The position numbers were made by a program, and so were the translations under genes. Under the pieces are notes generated by a model. It was not told where the DNA came from. It ran no database searches and saw only the letters and a list, made by a program, of their open reading frames with translations. 64,000 nt of DNA from an uncultured Campylobacter sp. (GTDB taxonomy: Bacteria; Campylobacterota; Campylobacteria; Campylobacterales; Campylobacteraceae): NCBI GenBank assembly GCA_963530215.1, contig CAUSCE010000008.1, positions 4,700 to 68,699 on the forward strand, given 5' to 3'. Every line of letters begins with the position of its first letter. The first letter of the stretch is position 1. This document shows, piece after piece, positions 50,120 to 59,977 of the stretch.

Positions 50120-50434
50120 ATGAGAATTTTAATCACCTCGGTTGCAAAGAAAAAAGAGGCAAAAAAACTAAGCAAAAAGCTCGTGAAAAAGGGACTTGCA
50201 GCTTGCGTGAGTAGCTTTAGTGCAAAGAGCCTATATCTTTGGCAAGAGAAGCTTTGCGATGAAAAAGAGCAAATTTTATTCATAAAAACGGACGCGAAAT
50301 TTAAAAAAGTAGCTAAATTTATAAGAAAGCACCACAGCTACGAAACTCCAGAAATTTTGGCACTTAAGCCAAAAGAGGTTTTTAAAAAATACGAAAATTG
50401 GATAAAAAAATCAACCAAAAAAGGCAAAAAATGA
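50120..50434 (+). CDS. cutA: Divalent-cation tolerance protein CutA
   Basis: 104 aa. The CutA1-like pattern ...LAACVS...YLWQEK...HSYETPEILAL is present. Confidence 0.8.
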   Translation: MRILITSVAKKKEAKKLSKKLVKKGLAACVSSFSAKSLYLWQEKLCDEKEQILFIKTDAKFKKVAKFIRKHHSYETPEILALKPKEVFKKYENWIKKSTKKGKK

Positions 50435-51894
50435 GACTAACACCAACTAGAAGCGTGAAAGATGAAAAGGTAAAAAATGTAAATTTAAGCACAGCCATGC
50501 TTAGCCCAAGCTCCGCTCACGGCGGACTTTACGCGCCAAAGAAGCTACCAAAGATCACAAAGGCAAAGTGGCAAGAGCTCTCAAGCCTAAGCTACGAAAA
50601 GCTCGCACTTCACATAATTTCGCTATTTAAATTTGACGTGTCAGAGACGTTTTTCAAAAAGGCGGTCAAAAGATATGCAAGCTTTGATGACCCAAAGCAC
50701 CCAGTCATTTTTAAAAAAATAGATAAAAATTTATACGTAAATGAGCTCTATCACGGCCCAACTAGGGCATTTAAGGATATGGCGCTTCAGCCCTTTGGCT
50801 CGCTGCTTAGCCAGCTAGCAAAAGAGAGAGGCGAAAGATATCTTATTATGTGCGCAACTAGCGGTGACACGGGCCCTGCGACACTTCAAACCTTTGCAAA
50901 CGATGAAAATATCAAGGTTGTTTGCCTCTATCCAGACGGCGGCACGAGCGAGGTACAAAAGCTTCAGATGCAGACCATGCAGGGTGAAAATTTAAAGGTT
51001 TTTGGCATAAAAGGCGACTTTGACGACGCTCAAAGGGCGCTAAAAACGCTACTTGCAAATGATAAATTTAAGGCTGAGCTGAAGAAAAAGCGCCTTAAAC
51101 TAAGCGCGGCAAACTCGGTAAATTTTGGCAGAATTCTCTTTCAGATCATCTACCACGCCTACGCTTACGCAAATTTGCTAAAACAAAAGGCGCTTAAGGC
51201 AAACGAGAGCTTTGACATTATCGTGCCAAGTGGAAATTTTGGTAACGCTCTTGGGGCGTATTACGCTAAAAAAATGGGCGTAAAGATTGGTAAGATCAAG
51301 ATCGCCTCAAACGCAAACAACATCTTGACGCAGTTTTTTACAACTGGCATTTACGACCTAAGAGACAAAAAGCTGGTTAAGACGATAAGCCCAGCCATGG
51401 ACATTTTGATCAGCTCAAACGTCGAGCGCTTGCTGTTTGATAAATTTGGAAGCGTTAGAACTAATGAGCTTATGCAAAGCCTAGCACAAAATAAATTTTA
51501 TAAGCTTAGCAAGCAAGAGCTTGAAGCGCTAAAAGAGGACTTTGAGGCTAGCTGGTGCGATGATAAAGAGTGCGAGGCATACATTGCAAAGCTCGCAAAG
51601 GGCGGCTACGCGATCGATCCGCATACGGCTACTTGCTTTAAGATGGTGGATACTGGCCGCATAAACGTTATCACATCAACCGCGCACTGGGTGAAATTTA
51701 CGCCAAGCATGATCAAAGCGTGCCAGATCAAAGATACGAAAGATGAAAAAGATGCTCTCACAAAGACTGCTAAAATCTTAAATGACAGCGTGCCAAGCTC
51801 TATAAACTCGCTATTTAGCGCGAAAATTTTGCATAAAAATATCATAAAAGAGGATGAGATCGAGAAGTGCGTCCTAGAATGGATCGAGCGATGA
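50431..51894 (+). CDS. thrC: Threonine synthase
   Basis: The preferred ATG at 50431 overlaps the cutA stop (ATGA). PLP-lysine motif GPTRAFKDMALQ. 487 aa. Confidence 0.9.
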   Translation: MRLTPTRSVKDEKVKNVNLSTAMLSPSSAHGGLYAPKKLPKITKAKWQELSSLSYEKLALHIISLFKFDVSETFFKKAVKRYASFDDPKHPVIFKKIDKNLYVNELYHGPTRAFKDMALQPFGSLLSQLAKERGERYLIMCATSGDTGPATLQTFANDENIKVVCLYPDGGTSEVQKLQMQTMQGENLKVFGIKGDFDDAQRALKTLLANDKFKAELKKKRLKLSAANSVNFGRILFQIIYHAYAYANLLKQKALKANESFDIIVPSGNFGNALGAYYAKKMGVKIGKIKIASNANNILTQFFTTGIYDLRDKKLVKTISPAMDILISSNVERLLFDKFGSVRTNELMQSLAQNKFYKLSKQELEALKEDFEASWCDDKECEAYIAKLAKGGYAIDPHTATCFKMVDTGRINVITSTAHWVKFTPSMIKACQIKDTKDEKDALTKTAKILNDSVPSSINSLFSAKILHKNIIKEDEIEKCVLEWIER

Positions 51895-52604
51895 TAATCA
51901 TCCCAGCCCGCCTTGCTTCAACAAGGTTTAGTAATAAAATTTTAAAAGAGATAAATGGCGTGCCAATGTTTGTGGCAACGGCTCTTAGAGTAAGTGGCGT
52001 GGATGATGTGGTGGTTGCTGTGGATGAGCAAAGTGTGCTGGATATTGCCAAAGCTCACGGTATAAAAGCGGTGCTAACTAGCAAAGATCATCAAAGCGGG
52101 ACTGATAGGATAAACGAAGCAGCGCAAATTTTGGGGCTAAATGAGAGCGAGATCATCATAAATGTTCAGGCTGATGAGCCATTTATCGAGCCTGAGAATA
52201 TCGCTAAATTTAGGGTATTTTGCGAGCAAAATGGGCAAAAAGCCTTTATGTTTTCTTGCTATAAAAAGATGGATGATGAGTTTGTAGATGATAAAAATTT
52301 AGTCAAAGTGGTGACTGATTTTGAGGGTTACGCGCTTTACTTTTCAAGATCAAGGATACCATTTAACAGAAGCGAGTGTAAAAGCTATAAAGCGCATCTA
52401 GGCATCTATGGATACAGCGTAAAAAGCTTAAAAGAGTTTTGTATTCTTGCTGCTTCAAGCCTTGAAAATACCGAAAAGCTCGAGCAGCTACGCGCCCTAG
52501 AAAATGGTAAAAAGATAGCGATGCTAGAGGTTGAGAGCCAAAGTATCGGCATCGATAGCGAAGAGGACTACCAAAGAGCGCTAGCTAAATTTGGTAAAAA
52601 ATAA
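51891..52604 (+). CDS. kdsB: 3-deoxy-manno-octulosonate cytidylyltransferase
   Basis: MIIIPARLASTRFSNKIL is the canonical KdsB N-terminus. ATGA overlap with the thrC stop. Confidence 0.9.
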   Translation: MIIIPARLASTRFSNKILKEINGVPMFVATALRVSGVDDVVVAVDEQSVLDIAKAHGIKAVLTSKDHQSGTDRINEAAQILGLNESEIIINVQADEPFIEPENIAKFRVFCEQNGQKAFMFSCYKKMDDEFVDDKNLVKVVTDFEGYALYFSRSRIPFNRSECKSYKAHLGIYGYSVKSLKEFCILAASSLENTEKLEQLRALENGKKIAMLEVESQSIGIDSEEDYQRALAKFGKK

Positions 52605-52610
52605 GTCGGC

Positions 52611-52649
52611 AAATTCTCTTTAAATAAAGTCAATATTTAAGGAGAATTT
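52611..52649. terminator. Long hairpin between kdsB and the convergent small ORF (probable bidirectional terminator)
   Basis: AAATTCTCTTTAAATA-AAGTCA-ATATTTAAGGAGAATTT forms a 16-bp stem with one G.U pair. Confidence 0.6.
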
Positions 52650-52709
52650 ATCTAAATTATTAACCTTTAAATGCAGCAAAAAATATTTTTCTACTCAAAT
52701 AATATAAAA

Positions 52710-52883
52710 CTAATTTTTCTTGATTTTTATATTTTTAATTCTGTCTTTAACTACGTAAAATTTTAAAATCGCACTCGAGTAAAAGTCTTTATAGAAACCT
52801 AAAAATTTAGGCTCTTTCTTAGTGCAGATAGCTGCAAACACGCTCTCAAGGTCTATTCTCTCTTTTTGTGTCAAATTTTCCAT
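52710..52883 (-). CDS. Hypothetical 57-aa protein abutting the XRE gene; not in the ORF track
   Basis: The ATG at 52883 directly follows the XRE stop (TAGATG). Translation: MENLTQKERIDLESVFAAICTKKEPKFLGFYKDFYSSAILKFYVVKDRIKNIKIKKN. No family recognised. Confidence 0.4.
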   Translation of the reverse strand: MENLTQKERIDLESVFAAICTKKEPKFLGFYKDFYSSAILKFYVVKDRIKNIKIKKN

Positions 52884-53129
52884 CTATTTTCCTAATAACT
52901 TTCTCATCTTATTGATAACAAATAATATTTCATCGTCGTCAAGCTCACAAAGAAGTTTGCAAACTGCAGCAGCAGCTTGTGGCTTTGAGTTGCCAAGCCT
53001 CCAATCTTGATATGTTCTCATTGGTATACCAAGCTCTTCTGCCATTTTTGCTTGTGAAATTTTCTTACCGATATTTTTTGCCTCAACTGCATTGTGAAGC
53101 AAATTAAATATATCACTTGTTTCAATCAT
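52884..53129 (-). CDS. XRE-family HTH protein (HigA2/YiaG-like antitoxin-type)
   Basis: 81 aa. The HTH ISQAKMAEELGIPMRTYQDWRLGNSKPQAAAAVCKLL matches the xxYExGxRxPsGaAxxLL pattern of HigA2/YiaG-type regulators. Confidence 0.75.
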   Translation of the reverse strand: MIETSDIFNLLHNAVEAKNIGKKISQAKMAEELGIPMRTYQDWRLGNSKPQAAAAVCKLLCELDDDEILFVINKMRKLLGK

Positions 53130-53414
53130 TAAAGTATTATACGGATTATTTTATTAAATATACATAAAATAATATATAAATAATAGTAATACGTATAAAT
53201 AAATTAAAATATATTATATATTATACAATAAAATATTATATTAGTACGTAAAAACGTATAAAAATATTAGAACGTAGAGGTAATATAAAAGACTTTTAAG
53301 TTTGTTTAATTATTTTTTGTAATTTTATTTTCGGAAAGGCTTATGCAATTAATATTAAAAAAGCTTAGTTATATAGACTAAAGATACATAAATAAATTAT
53401 TTTAACTTAAATAC

Positions 53415-53443
53415 TTGACATTGATAAACTAAAGTTGTATAAT
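53415..53443 (+). promoter_or_regulatory. Consensus sigma70 promoter of hrcA-grpE-dnaK
   Basis: TTGACA (53415..53420), a 17-nt spacer and TATAAT (53438..53443). Confidence 0.65.
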
Positions 53444-53447
53444 CCGC

Positions 53448-53474
53448 TTAGCAATTAAAAAGAAAGAGTGCTAA
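53448..53474 (+). promoter_or_regulatory. CIRCE operator (HrcA binding site)
   Basis: TTAGCAATT-N9-GAGTGCTAA compared with the consensus TTAGCACTC-N9-GAGTGCTAA: the right arm is perfect and the left arm has 2 mismatches. It lies immediately downstream of the -10 box. Confidence 0.7.
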
Positions 53475-54271
53475 AAGTGAGTAAAACAAATAAACGTGAT
53501 TTGATACTAAAATCTATCATCGAGGCTTATTTGCAGGACAATATGCCTATTGGTTCAAATGAACTTGGCTCTCGTATGAGCGCGGCTATTCCGGCTTCTA
53601 CGATACGCGTTTATTTCAAAAAGCTTTCAGATGAGGGTGAGATCACAAAGCTTCACATTAGTGGCGGTAGAATTCCGACAATTGCTGCGATGAGAAGATA
53701 TTGGAGTGAAATTTTTGCTATAAGTGATATAAATTTAGAGATAAATGATGCCGAGGGATTGAAAAAGTTATGCGATGAATTTGAGCTTTATTGTATGATT
53801 TTTGGCACAATCGATAATGAATTGCTAGAAATTTTAAATTTAAATAATAGATATATGATCTTAAATTTTGGCGAAGATGAGATCGTTATCAAATTTGATG
53901 CTAGGATGTATAAATTTTTAAGTAATCTTGCTGGAGTTAGTTTAAATAAGCTTGAGCTTATCTGCTCTCAAGTTGGTTTAAGCGAACTAAAAAGTAAAAT
54001 AAGAGAGCTTAAAAGGACTAAAATTTACTTCCAAGAAAACGAAATTTTAGCCTTTGATATGTTTAAAGATAGATGTTTTAAGATGGTTTTTGACCCAAGT
54101 TTTAGTCTGCAAATGGATGAAAAACTTACATTTTCTCCTATGTTTGATGAAAATTTTATGGGGCTTAAATTTAGTACAAACTATCTTGGTAGCGAAGCAC
54201 AGATGATCTGTGCTGGCAGTATTTATACTGACTATGTGAAATTTATAAATCTAATAAAGGAGGCTGCGTGA
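53468..54271 (+). CDS. hrcA: Heat-inducible transcription repressor HrcA
   Basis: N-terminal wHTH RDLILKSIIEAYLQDNMPIGSNEL. First gene of the grpE-dnaK operon. GTG start at 53468, or more likely at 53477, which is better spaced from AGAAAGAG. Confidence 0.85.
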   Translation: MLKVSKTNKRDLILKSIIEAYLQDNMPIGSNELGSRMSAAIPASTIRVYFKKLSDEGEITKLHISGGRIPTIAAMRRYWSEIFAISDINLEINDAEGLKKLCDEFELYCMIFGTIDNELLEILNLNNRYMILNFGEDEIVIKFDARMYKFLSNLAGVSLNKLELICSQVGLSELKSKIRELKRTKIYFQENEILAFDMFKDRCFKMVFDPSFSLQMDEKLTFSPMFDENFMGLKFSTNYLGSEAQMICAGSIYTDYVKFINLIKEAA

Positions 54272-54810
54272 GCGAAGAGGTAAAAGAGCAAAACATACCT
54301 GAGGTTGAGCCCGTGCAAGAACTAGCTAATGATAGTGTAAATTTGGACGCACTTGGTGATATTTCAAAGGTTGAAAAACTTGAAAAAGAGCTCGGAGAAA
54401 TAACTGATAAATATTATAGAGCAAATGCTGAGTTTGAAAATATCAAAAAGCGTTATGAAAAAGAGAAGACGGACGTTGCAAACTATGCAAATGAGAAATT
54501 TGCTAGGGATTTGCTACCAGTTATCGATGCTCTTGAAATCGCTGCGAATTTTGATCCAGAGGATGATGAATTTGCCAAAAAGATCAAAGAGGGTATTTTG
54601 ATAACTATAAATCAGTTTAAAAAATGCTTTGAAAAGCATGGCGTAAGCGAGATACCAACTGATACTGAGTTTGATCCAAGCGTGCATAATGCTGTTTTAA
54701 GGGTCGATAGTGAAGAGAAGCAGAGTGGTCAAATCGTACAAGCTTTGCAAAAAGGCTATATGATAAATGGTAGGGTTTTGCGCCCAGCTATGGTCAGTGT
54801 AGCAAACTAA
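54268..54810 (+). CDS. grpE: Nucleotide exchange factor GrpE
   Basis: YYRANAEFENIKKRYEKE...LLPVIDALE...GYMINGRVLRPAMVSV is typical of GrpE. Confidence 0.95.
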   Translation: MSEEVKEQNIPEVEPVQELANDSVNLDALGDISKVEKLEKELGEITDKYYRANAEFENIKKRYEKEKTDVANYANEKFARDLLPVIDALEIAANFDPEDDEFAKKIKEGILITINQFKKCFEKHGVSEIPTDTEFDPSVHNAVLRVDSEEKQSGQIVQALQKGYMINGRVLRPAMVSVAN

Positions 54811-54845
54811 ATTTATAAAAATAAATCTAATAAAAAAGGAAAAAT

Positions 54846-56720
54846 ATGTCAAAAGTTATAGGTATAGACTTAGGTACAACAAACTCTTGTGTGAGCGTTT
54901 TTGAGCGTGGCGAGAGCAAAGTTATCCCAAACAAAGAGGGCAAAAACACAACCCCATCAGTTGTTGCTTTTACAGACAAAGGTGAAATTCTAGTAGGTGA
55001 CGTTGCAAAACGTCAAGCAGTTACAAACCCTGAAAAAACGATATATTCTATCAAACGTATCATGGGTTTGATGAGTAATGAAAAAAATGCTGAAGAGGCA
55101 AAAAGCCGCTTGCCATATCACGTCGTAGATAGAAACGGTGCTTGCGCAGTTGAGATCGCTGGTAAGGTCTATACTCCACAAGAAATTTCAGCAAAAATTC
55201 TTATCAAACTAAAAGAAGACGCTGAAGCATATCTTGGCGAGAAAGTAACAGACGCAGTTATCACCGTGCCAGCTTACTTTAACGATAGTCAAAGAAAAGC
55301 TACAAAAGAGGCTGGAACGATCGCGGGACTAAACGTACTTCGTATCATCAACGAGCCAACAGCTGCAGCACTTGCTTATGGTCTTGATAAAAAAGAGGCT
55401 GAGAAAATTTTAGTTTACGACCTAGGCGGTGGTACATTTGACGTTACAGTACTAGAAACTGGCGATAATATCGTTGAAGTTTTGGCAACTGGCGGTAACG
55501 CATTCTTGGGCGGCGATGACTTTGATAACAAGATCATTGACTGGCTAGTAAGCGAGTTTAAAAACGAAAATGGTATCGATTTAAAAGGCGATATCATGGC
55601 ACTTCAACGCTTAAAAGAAGCTGCTGAAAATGCTAAAAAAGAGCTAAGCTCAGCTCAAGAGACTGAGATAAATTTACCATTTATCACAGCTGATGCGACT
55701 GGTCCAAAACACCTTGTCAAAAAGCTAACTCGTGCTAAATTTGAAGGTATGATCGATTCACTTGTGGGCGAGACTATCACTAAGATAAATGAGGTAACAA
55801 AAGACGCTGGTTTAAATAAAAGCGACATCAAAGAGGTCGTAATGGTCGGTGGTTCAACTCGTGTGCCACTCGTTCAAGAAGAGGTCAAAAAGGCATTTGG
55901 TAAAGAGCTAAATAAGAGTGTTAATCCAGATGAGGTCGTGGCCATCGGTGCTGCTATCCAAGGCGCGGTTATAAAAGGCGACGTTAAAGATGTGCTACTT
56001 CTTGACGTAACTCCGCTTAGCCTTGGCATCGAAACACTTGGCGGCGTGATGACAAAGATCATCGAAAAAGGTACAACCATACCAACTAAGAAAAGCCAAG
56101 TCTTCTCAACTGCTGAAGATAATCAAAGTGCGGTTACTATTATGGTTTTACAAGGTGAGCGTGAGTTTGCAAGAGATAATAAATCACTTGGAAATTTCAA
56201 CCTCGAAGGCATCCCAGCAGCTCCAAGAGGCGTACCTCAAATAGAAGTTGAGTTTGACATCGACGCAAACGGAATTTTAACCGTTTCAGCAAAAGATAAA
56301 GCAACTGGCAAAGCTCAAAACATCACCATCTCTGGATCAAGCGGCTTAAGCGAAGAAGAGATAAACAATATGGTAAAAGATGCTGAGCTTCATAAAGAAG
56401 AGGACAAAAAACGCAAAGACGCAGTTGAGGCTAGAAATCAAGCTGACGCACTAGTTCATCAAACTGAAAAGAGCATGAGCGAGCTTGGCGAGAAGGTCCC
56501 AGCTGAGGATAGAAGCAACATCAAAGCTGCGCTAAACGATCTAAAAGAGGTCTTAAAAGATGAAAATTCTTCAAAAGAGCAAATCGATGCTAAAGTAGAA
56601 GCTCTAAGCAAGGCCAGCCACAAATTAGCAGAAGCTATGTATAAAAAAGATGAAAACGCTGGAGCAAACGGCGGAAATAATAAAAAAGACGACGACGTTA
56701 TAGACGCTGAAGTCGAGTAA
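54846..56720 (+). CDS. dnaK: Molecular chaperone DnaK (Hsp70)
   Basis: [21 protein letters not shown] and the other canonical Hsp70 motifs. 624 aa. Confidence 0.98.
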   Translation: MSKVIGIDLGTTNSCVSVFERGESKVIPNKEGKNTTPSVVAFTDKGEILVGDVAKRQAVTNPEKTIYSIKRIMGLMSNEKNAEEAKSRLPYHVVDRNGACAVEIAGKVYTPQEISAKILIKLKEDAEAYLGEKVTDAVITVPAYFNDSQRKATKEAGTIAGLNVLRIINEPTAAALAYGLDKKEAEKILVYDLGGGTFDVTVLETGDNIVEVLATGGNAFLGGDDFDNKIIDWLVSEFKNENGIDLKGDIMALQRLKEAAENAKKELSSAQETEINLPFITADATGPKHLVKKLTRAKFEGMIDSLVGETITKINEVTKDAGLNKSDIKEVVMVGGSTRVPLVQEEVKKAFGKELNKSVNPDEVVAIGAAIQGAVIKGDVKDVLLLDVTPLSLGIETLGGVMTKIIEKGTTIPTKKSQVFSTAEDNQSAVTIMVLQGEREFARDNKSLGNFNLEGIPAAPRGVPQIEVEFDIDANGILTVSAKDKATGKAQNITISGSSGLSEEEINNMVKDAELHKEEDKKRKDAVEARNQADALVHQTEKSMSELGEKVPAEDRSNIKAALNDLKEVLKDENSSKEQIDAKVEALSKASHKLAEAMYKKDENAGANGGNNKKDDDVIDAEVE

Positions 56721-56845
56721 AACTCCTAGAGCAGGGCGCTTGCCTTGCTCTTTTATAAATTTATCTTCATAAATCCTTAAGATTGATTCAAAATAAGTAT
56801 TTTAAATAGTTAAAATTTATATAATGCCAAACAAAAAGGCTAAAA

Positions 56846-57277
56846 ATGTATTTATTTTTTTTGATTACTCATTTAATTTGTGCCATTGTATTTATAGGAT
56901 ACGTATTTTTCGATGTTTGCATATATCCGTTTGCTAAAAAAACGGTTGATGTTAAAACCCTTGAAATAGTTAAAAAAGCCTACACAAAAGGCAGCGCAAA
57001 GGTTTTTGGCACGGCATTTTTATTGCTTTTAATAAGTGGCGCTTATATGGCAAAAGACTATTTTGGAGGTGAGCTTGGCTGGTGGCAAAGCAACTTTCAA
57101 AAGCTGCTACTTGTAAAAATTTTTGTTTTACTCGTAATGTGCCTTGTAACTTTTATATCTGTTTTTAATGTCGTTATTTTAAAAAAGCCTGATCCATTTG
57201 GTAAATTTTCACATTTAATAGCTCTAGTGCTTTGCCTGATAATGGTCGTTTTAGCAAAAGTAATGTCGTGGGCTTAA
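56846..57277 (+). CDS. Integral membrane protein (4 predicted TM helices), function unknown
   Basis: 143-aa hydrophobic ORF. It has a His in TM1 (ITHLICAIVF), which weakly resembles CopD/DUF-type membrane proteins. Confidence 0.5.
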   Translation: MYLFFLITHLICAIVFIGYVFFDVCIYPFAKKTVDVKTLEIVKKAYTKGSAKVFGTAFLLLLISGAYMAKDYFGGELGWWQSNFQKLLLVKIFVLLVMCLVTFISVFNVVILKKPDPFGKFSHLIALVLCLIMVVLAKVMSWA

Positions 57278-57331
57278 AAATAATTTAGCTAACAAATCTA
57301 AGTAAATCGCCAGCTAGAAGTTAAAAATTCT

Positions 57332-58141
57332 TTAATCGATACTCTTTAACTTATCTTTATTTAGCCCTTCTTCTATGCGTTTTATCTCTTCACTTCCGTC
57401 TCTTACGACGTTTTTGTCAAATTCCAAGTAGTCATTTATCTTTTTTGGATATTCAACGTGACTTAGGATAAATTTAAAGACATTTAGCCTAGCTTCTTTT
57501 TTGTTATCGCTTGAGACAATGACCCATGGTGAAATGCTATTGTGAGAGGCAAGAAGCATCGAATATTTAGCGATAGAGTACTGATCCCAAAGTTCTTGTG
57601 CTTTTTGATCAACGGGTGAAATTTTAAATTGCTTTAATGGATCATTTTGCCTCTCTTTGAAGCGTTTTTTCTGCTCATCTTTTGTGATTGAAAGATAAAT
57701 TTTAAAGAAAATTATGCCAGAGTTTATGATCATCTCTTCAAATTTTGGCACTTCACGTAAAAATTCCTTATGCTCTTCTTGCGTGCAAAAGCCCATCACT
57801 GGCTCAACGCCAGCTCTATTGTACCAGCTTCTATCAAAGATCACGATCTCTCCGGCACTTGGCAGATGAGTCACATATCTTTGAAAATACCACTGCGTTT
57901 TTTCGACATCACTTGGCTTAGCAAGCGCTACTATACGGCAACCCCTTGGATTTAGATGCTCGGTTAAGCGTTTTATCGTTCCTCCTTTACCGGCTGCGTC
58001 GCGCCCTTCCATTAGCATGAGCACTCTAAGGCCTTTTTCTTTTACGTAATTTTGAAATTTTAAAAGTTCAATTTGAAGTAGTCTAAGCTCTTCCTCATAG
58101 CCAAGCTTCTCGCTTTTTTGGTGTTTTTTGTCTTTTGACAT
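57332..58141 (-). CDS. ppk2: Polyphosphate kinase 2
   Basis: Walker A-like GRDAAGKGGTIK, followed by FDRSWYNRAGVE, typical of PPK2. Confidence 0.9.
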   Translation of the reverse strand: MSKDKKHQKSEKLGYEEELRLLQIELLKFQNYVKEKGLRVLMLMEGRDAAGKGGTIKRLTEHLNPRGCRIVALAKPSDVEKTQWYFQRYVTHLPSAGEIVIFDRSWYNRAGVEPVMGFCTQEEHKEFLREVPKFEEMIINSGIIFFKIYLSITKDEQKKRFKERQNDPLKQFKISPVDQKAQELWDQYSIAKYSMLLASHNSISPWVIVSSDNKKEARLNVFKFILSHVEYPKKINDYLEFDKNVVRDGSEEIKRIEEGLNKDKLKSID

Positions 58142-58246
58142 CTTTGCTCCTTTAAAATTTCACATATTTTCACGATTTTACAATAAAATAGAATAAATTT
58201 AGGAATTTAGACTAAAATCATCTTTTTTAATTTAGCAAGGATTAGT

Positions 58247-59977
58247 ATGTTTTTAAAATTTCTTTTTTCGATTATTTTATTTGCAGGCTCGCTTTTTGCC
58301 GAGGTTTTAGATGTTAGCAAAGCCTTTGTTTTAACTCCAAGCGTTGATAGTCAAAATGTTGAAGTGAAGTTTAACTTTGGTGAAAATATCTATCTTTATA
58401 AAGAGAGTTTTGAGATTAAGCTAGCTGGCAAAAAGATAAATGAGCTATTAAATTTGCCAAGTAGTGAAAATACGGGAGAATATGAAATTTATCCAAAAGA
58501 TTTTTCGATTTTTATCCCATTAAATTTAGTAAAAGAAAATCTTTCAAATGGCAAAGCAATACTTGACATTAACTATCAAGGCTGTGCTAAAAACGGCATT
58601 TGCTACCGCCCGCAAAGTAAAATTTATGAGATAACTGACCAAGCTGGAAAATTTAGCATCGCCACTTTTAAAAAAGAGCAAAAAAACGATACCGACATTC
58701 TTGCTGAAGAATTTTCTAGCGAGCAAGATATCGCAAATGGGCTTGGAGATAAAAATTTCTTTATCTCGCTTCTTACTTTTTTTGGTTATGGTCTCTTGCT
58801 TTCACTAACACCTTGCGTCTTTCCGATGATACCGATACTTTCAAGCATAATCGTCTCAAAAGGTGCTAATTTAAATGCAAAAAAAGGCTTTTTATTATCA
58901 TTCATTTATGTTGTCGCGATGAGCCTGGCTTACGCACTAGCTGGAGTAGCAGCTAGCCTACTTGGCTTTGGTATCGCAGGCGCTTTGCAAAACATCTATG
59001 TACTTGGCACTTTTGCAGCCATTTTTGTCATTTTAAGCTTTAGCATGTTTGGATTTTATGATATAAAATTGCCAGCAAAATTTGAAAATTTGATAAGTAA
59101 AAAATCGCAAAATAGTTCAGGCTATGTTGGAATTTTTATTATGGGTTTTGCCTCAGCTCTCATTGTATCGCCTTGCGTAGCAGCACCATTAGCTGGTGCG
59201 CTTCTTTATATTGCCCAAAGTGGAAATGTCTTTTATGGTGGCATTATGCTTTTTGTCATGGGGCTTGGCATGGGCGTGCCACTACTTATTATCGGGCTAA
59301 GCTCTGGAAAACTCTTGCCAAAACCTGGTAGTTGGATGGATGAAGTGAAAAAATTCTTTGGTTTTTTAATGCTCATCATGGCAGTTTGGATCCTTTCGCG
59401 TGTGCTCGGAGAATTTTTTGAGCTATTAGGATATGGCATTATAGGCGTTTTTATGGCAGTTTATTTTGGGGCATTTGAAGTAGCAGAACAAAGCTGGGCT
59501 AAGTTTAAAAAAGCGTTTTTTATCTTGGTTTTTATATATTCAGTTATGTTAATAGTTGGTTCATTTTTAGGCTCAAAGGAGGCTTTCTCTCCACTTTCTG
59601 GATTAAATTTGGCAAAAAGTGATAGTGCGTTAAAATTTAATTCCGTTAAAAATTTAGATGAACTAAATGAGATAATAAAAAACTCAACCAAACCCGTTCT
59701 AGTAGATTTTTATGCTGATTGGTGTGTAAGCTGCAAAGAGATAGAAAAGATCACTTTTAAAGATAGTGATGTTATAGATGCTTTGACAAATTTTGCACTT
59801 ATTCGTATCGATGTAACAAATGGCGGACCACAAAATGATGAAATGCTAAGAAATTTTGGGCTTATTGATCCGCCTGCACTCTTATTATTTAATGGTGGCA
59901 ACGAGCTAAAATTTCTTAGAACTATCGGTTTTATAGATGCTAAAAATTTTCTAGCAAAGCTTGAAAAAATTAAATAA
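58247..59977 (+). CDS. dsbD: Thiol:disulfide interchange protein DsbD
   Basis: Signal peptide and N-terminal periplasmic domain. TM core with LTPCVFPMIP and SPCVAAPL. C-terminal thioredoxin domain with WCVSCK. Confidence 0.9.
   Translation: MFLKFLFSIILFAGSLFAEVLDVSKAFVLTPSVDSQNVEVKFNFGENIYLYKESFEIKLAGKKINELLNLPSSENTGEYEIYPKDFSIFIPLNLVKENLSNGKAILDINYQGCAKNGICYRPQSKIYEITDQAGKFSIATFKKEQKNDTDILAEEFSSEQDIANGLGDKNFFISLLTFFGYGLLLSLTPCVFPMIPILSSIIVSKGANLNAKKGFLLSFIYVVAMSLAYALAGVAASLLGFGIAGALQNIYVLGTFAAIFVILSFSMFGFYDIKLPAKFENLISKKSQNSSGYVGIFIMGFASALIVSPCVAAPLAGALLYIAQSGNVFYGGIMLFVMGLGMGVPLLIIGLSSGKLLPKPGSWMDEVKKFFGFLMLIMAVWILSRVLGEFFELLGYGIIGVFMAVYFGAFEVAEQSWAKFKKAFFILVFIYSVMLIVGSFLGSKEAFSPLSGLNLAKSDSALKFNSVKNLDELNEIIKNSTKPVLVDFYADWCVSCKEIEKITFKDSDVIDALTNFALIRIDVTNGGPQNDEMLRNFGLIDPPALLLFNGGNELKFLRTIGFIDAKNFLAKLEKIK

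Noticed and set aside
51842-52051. 69-aa minus-strand ORF across the thrC/kdsB junction
   Set aside because: It is antisense to two overlapping, well-supported genes. It is a shadow ORF.
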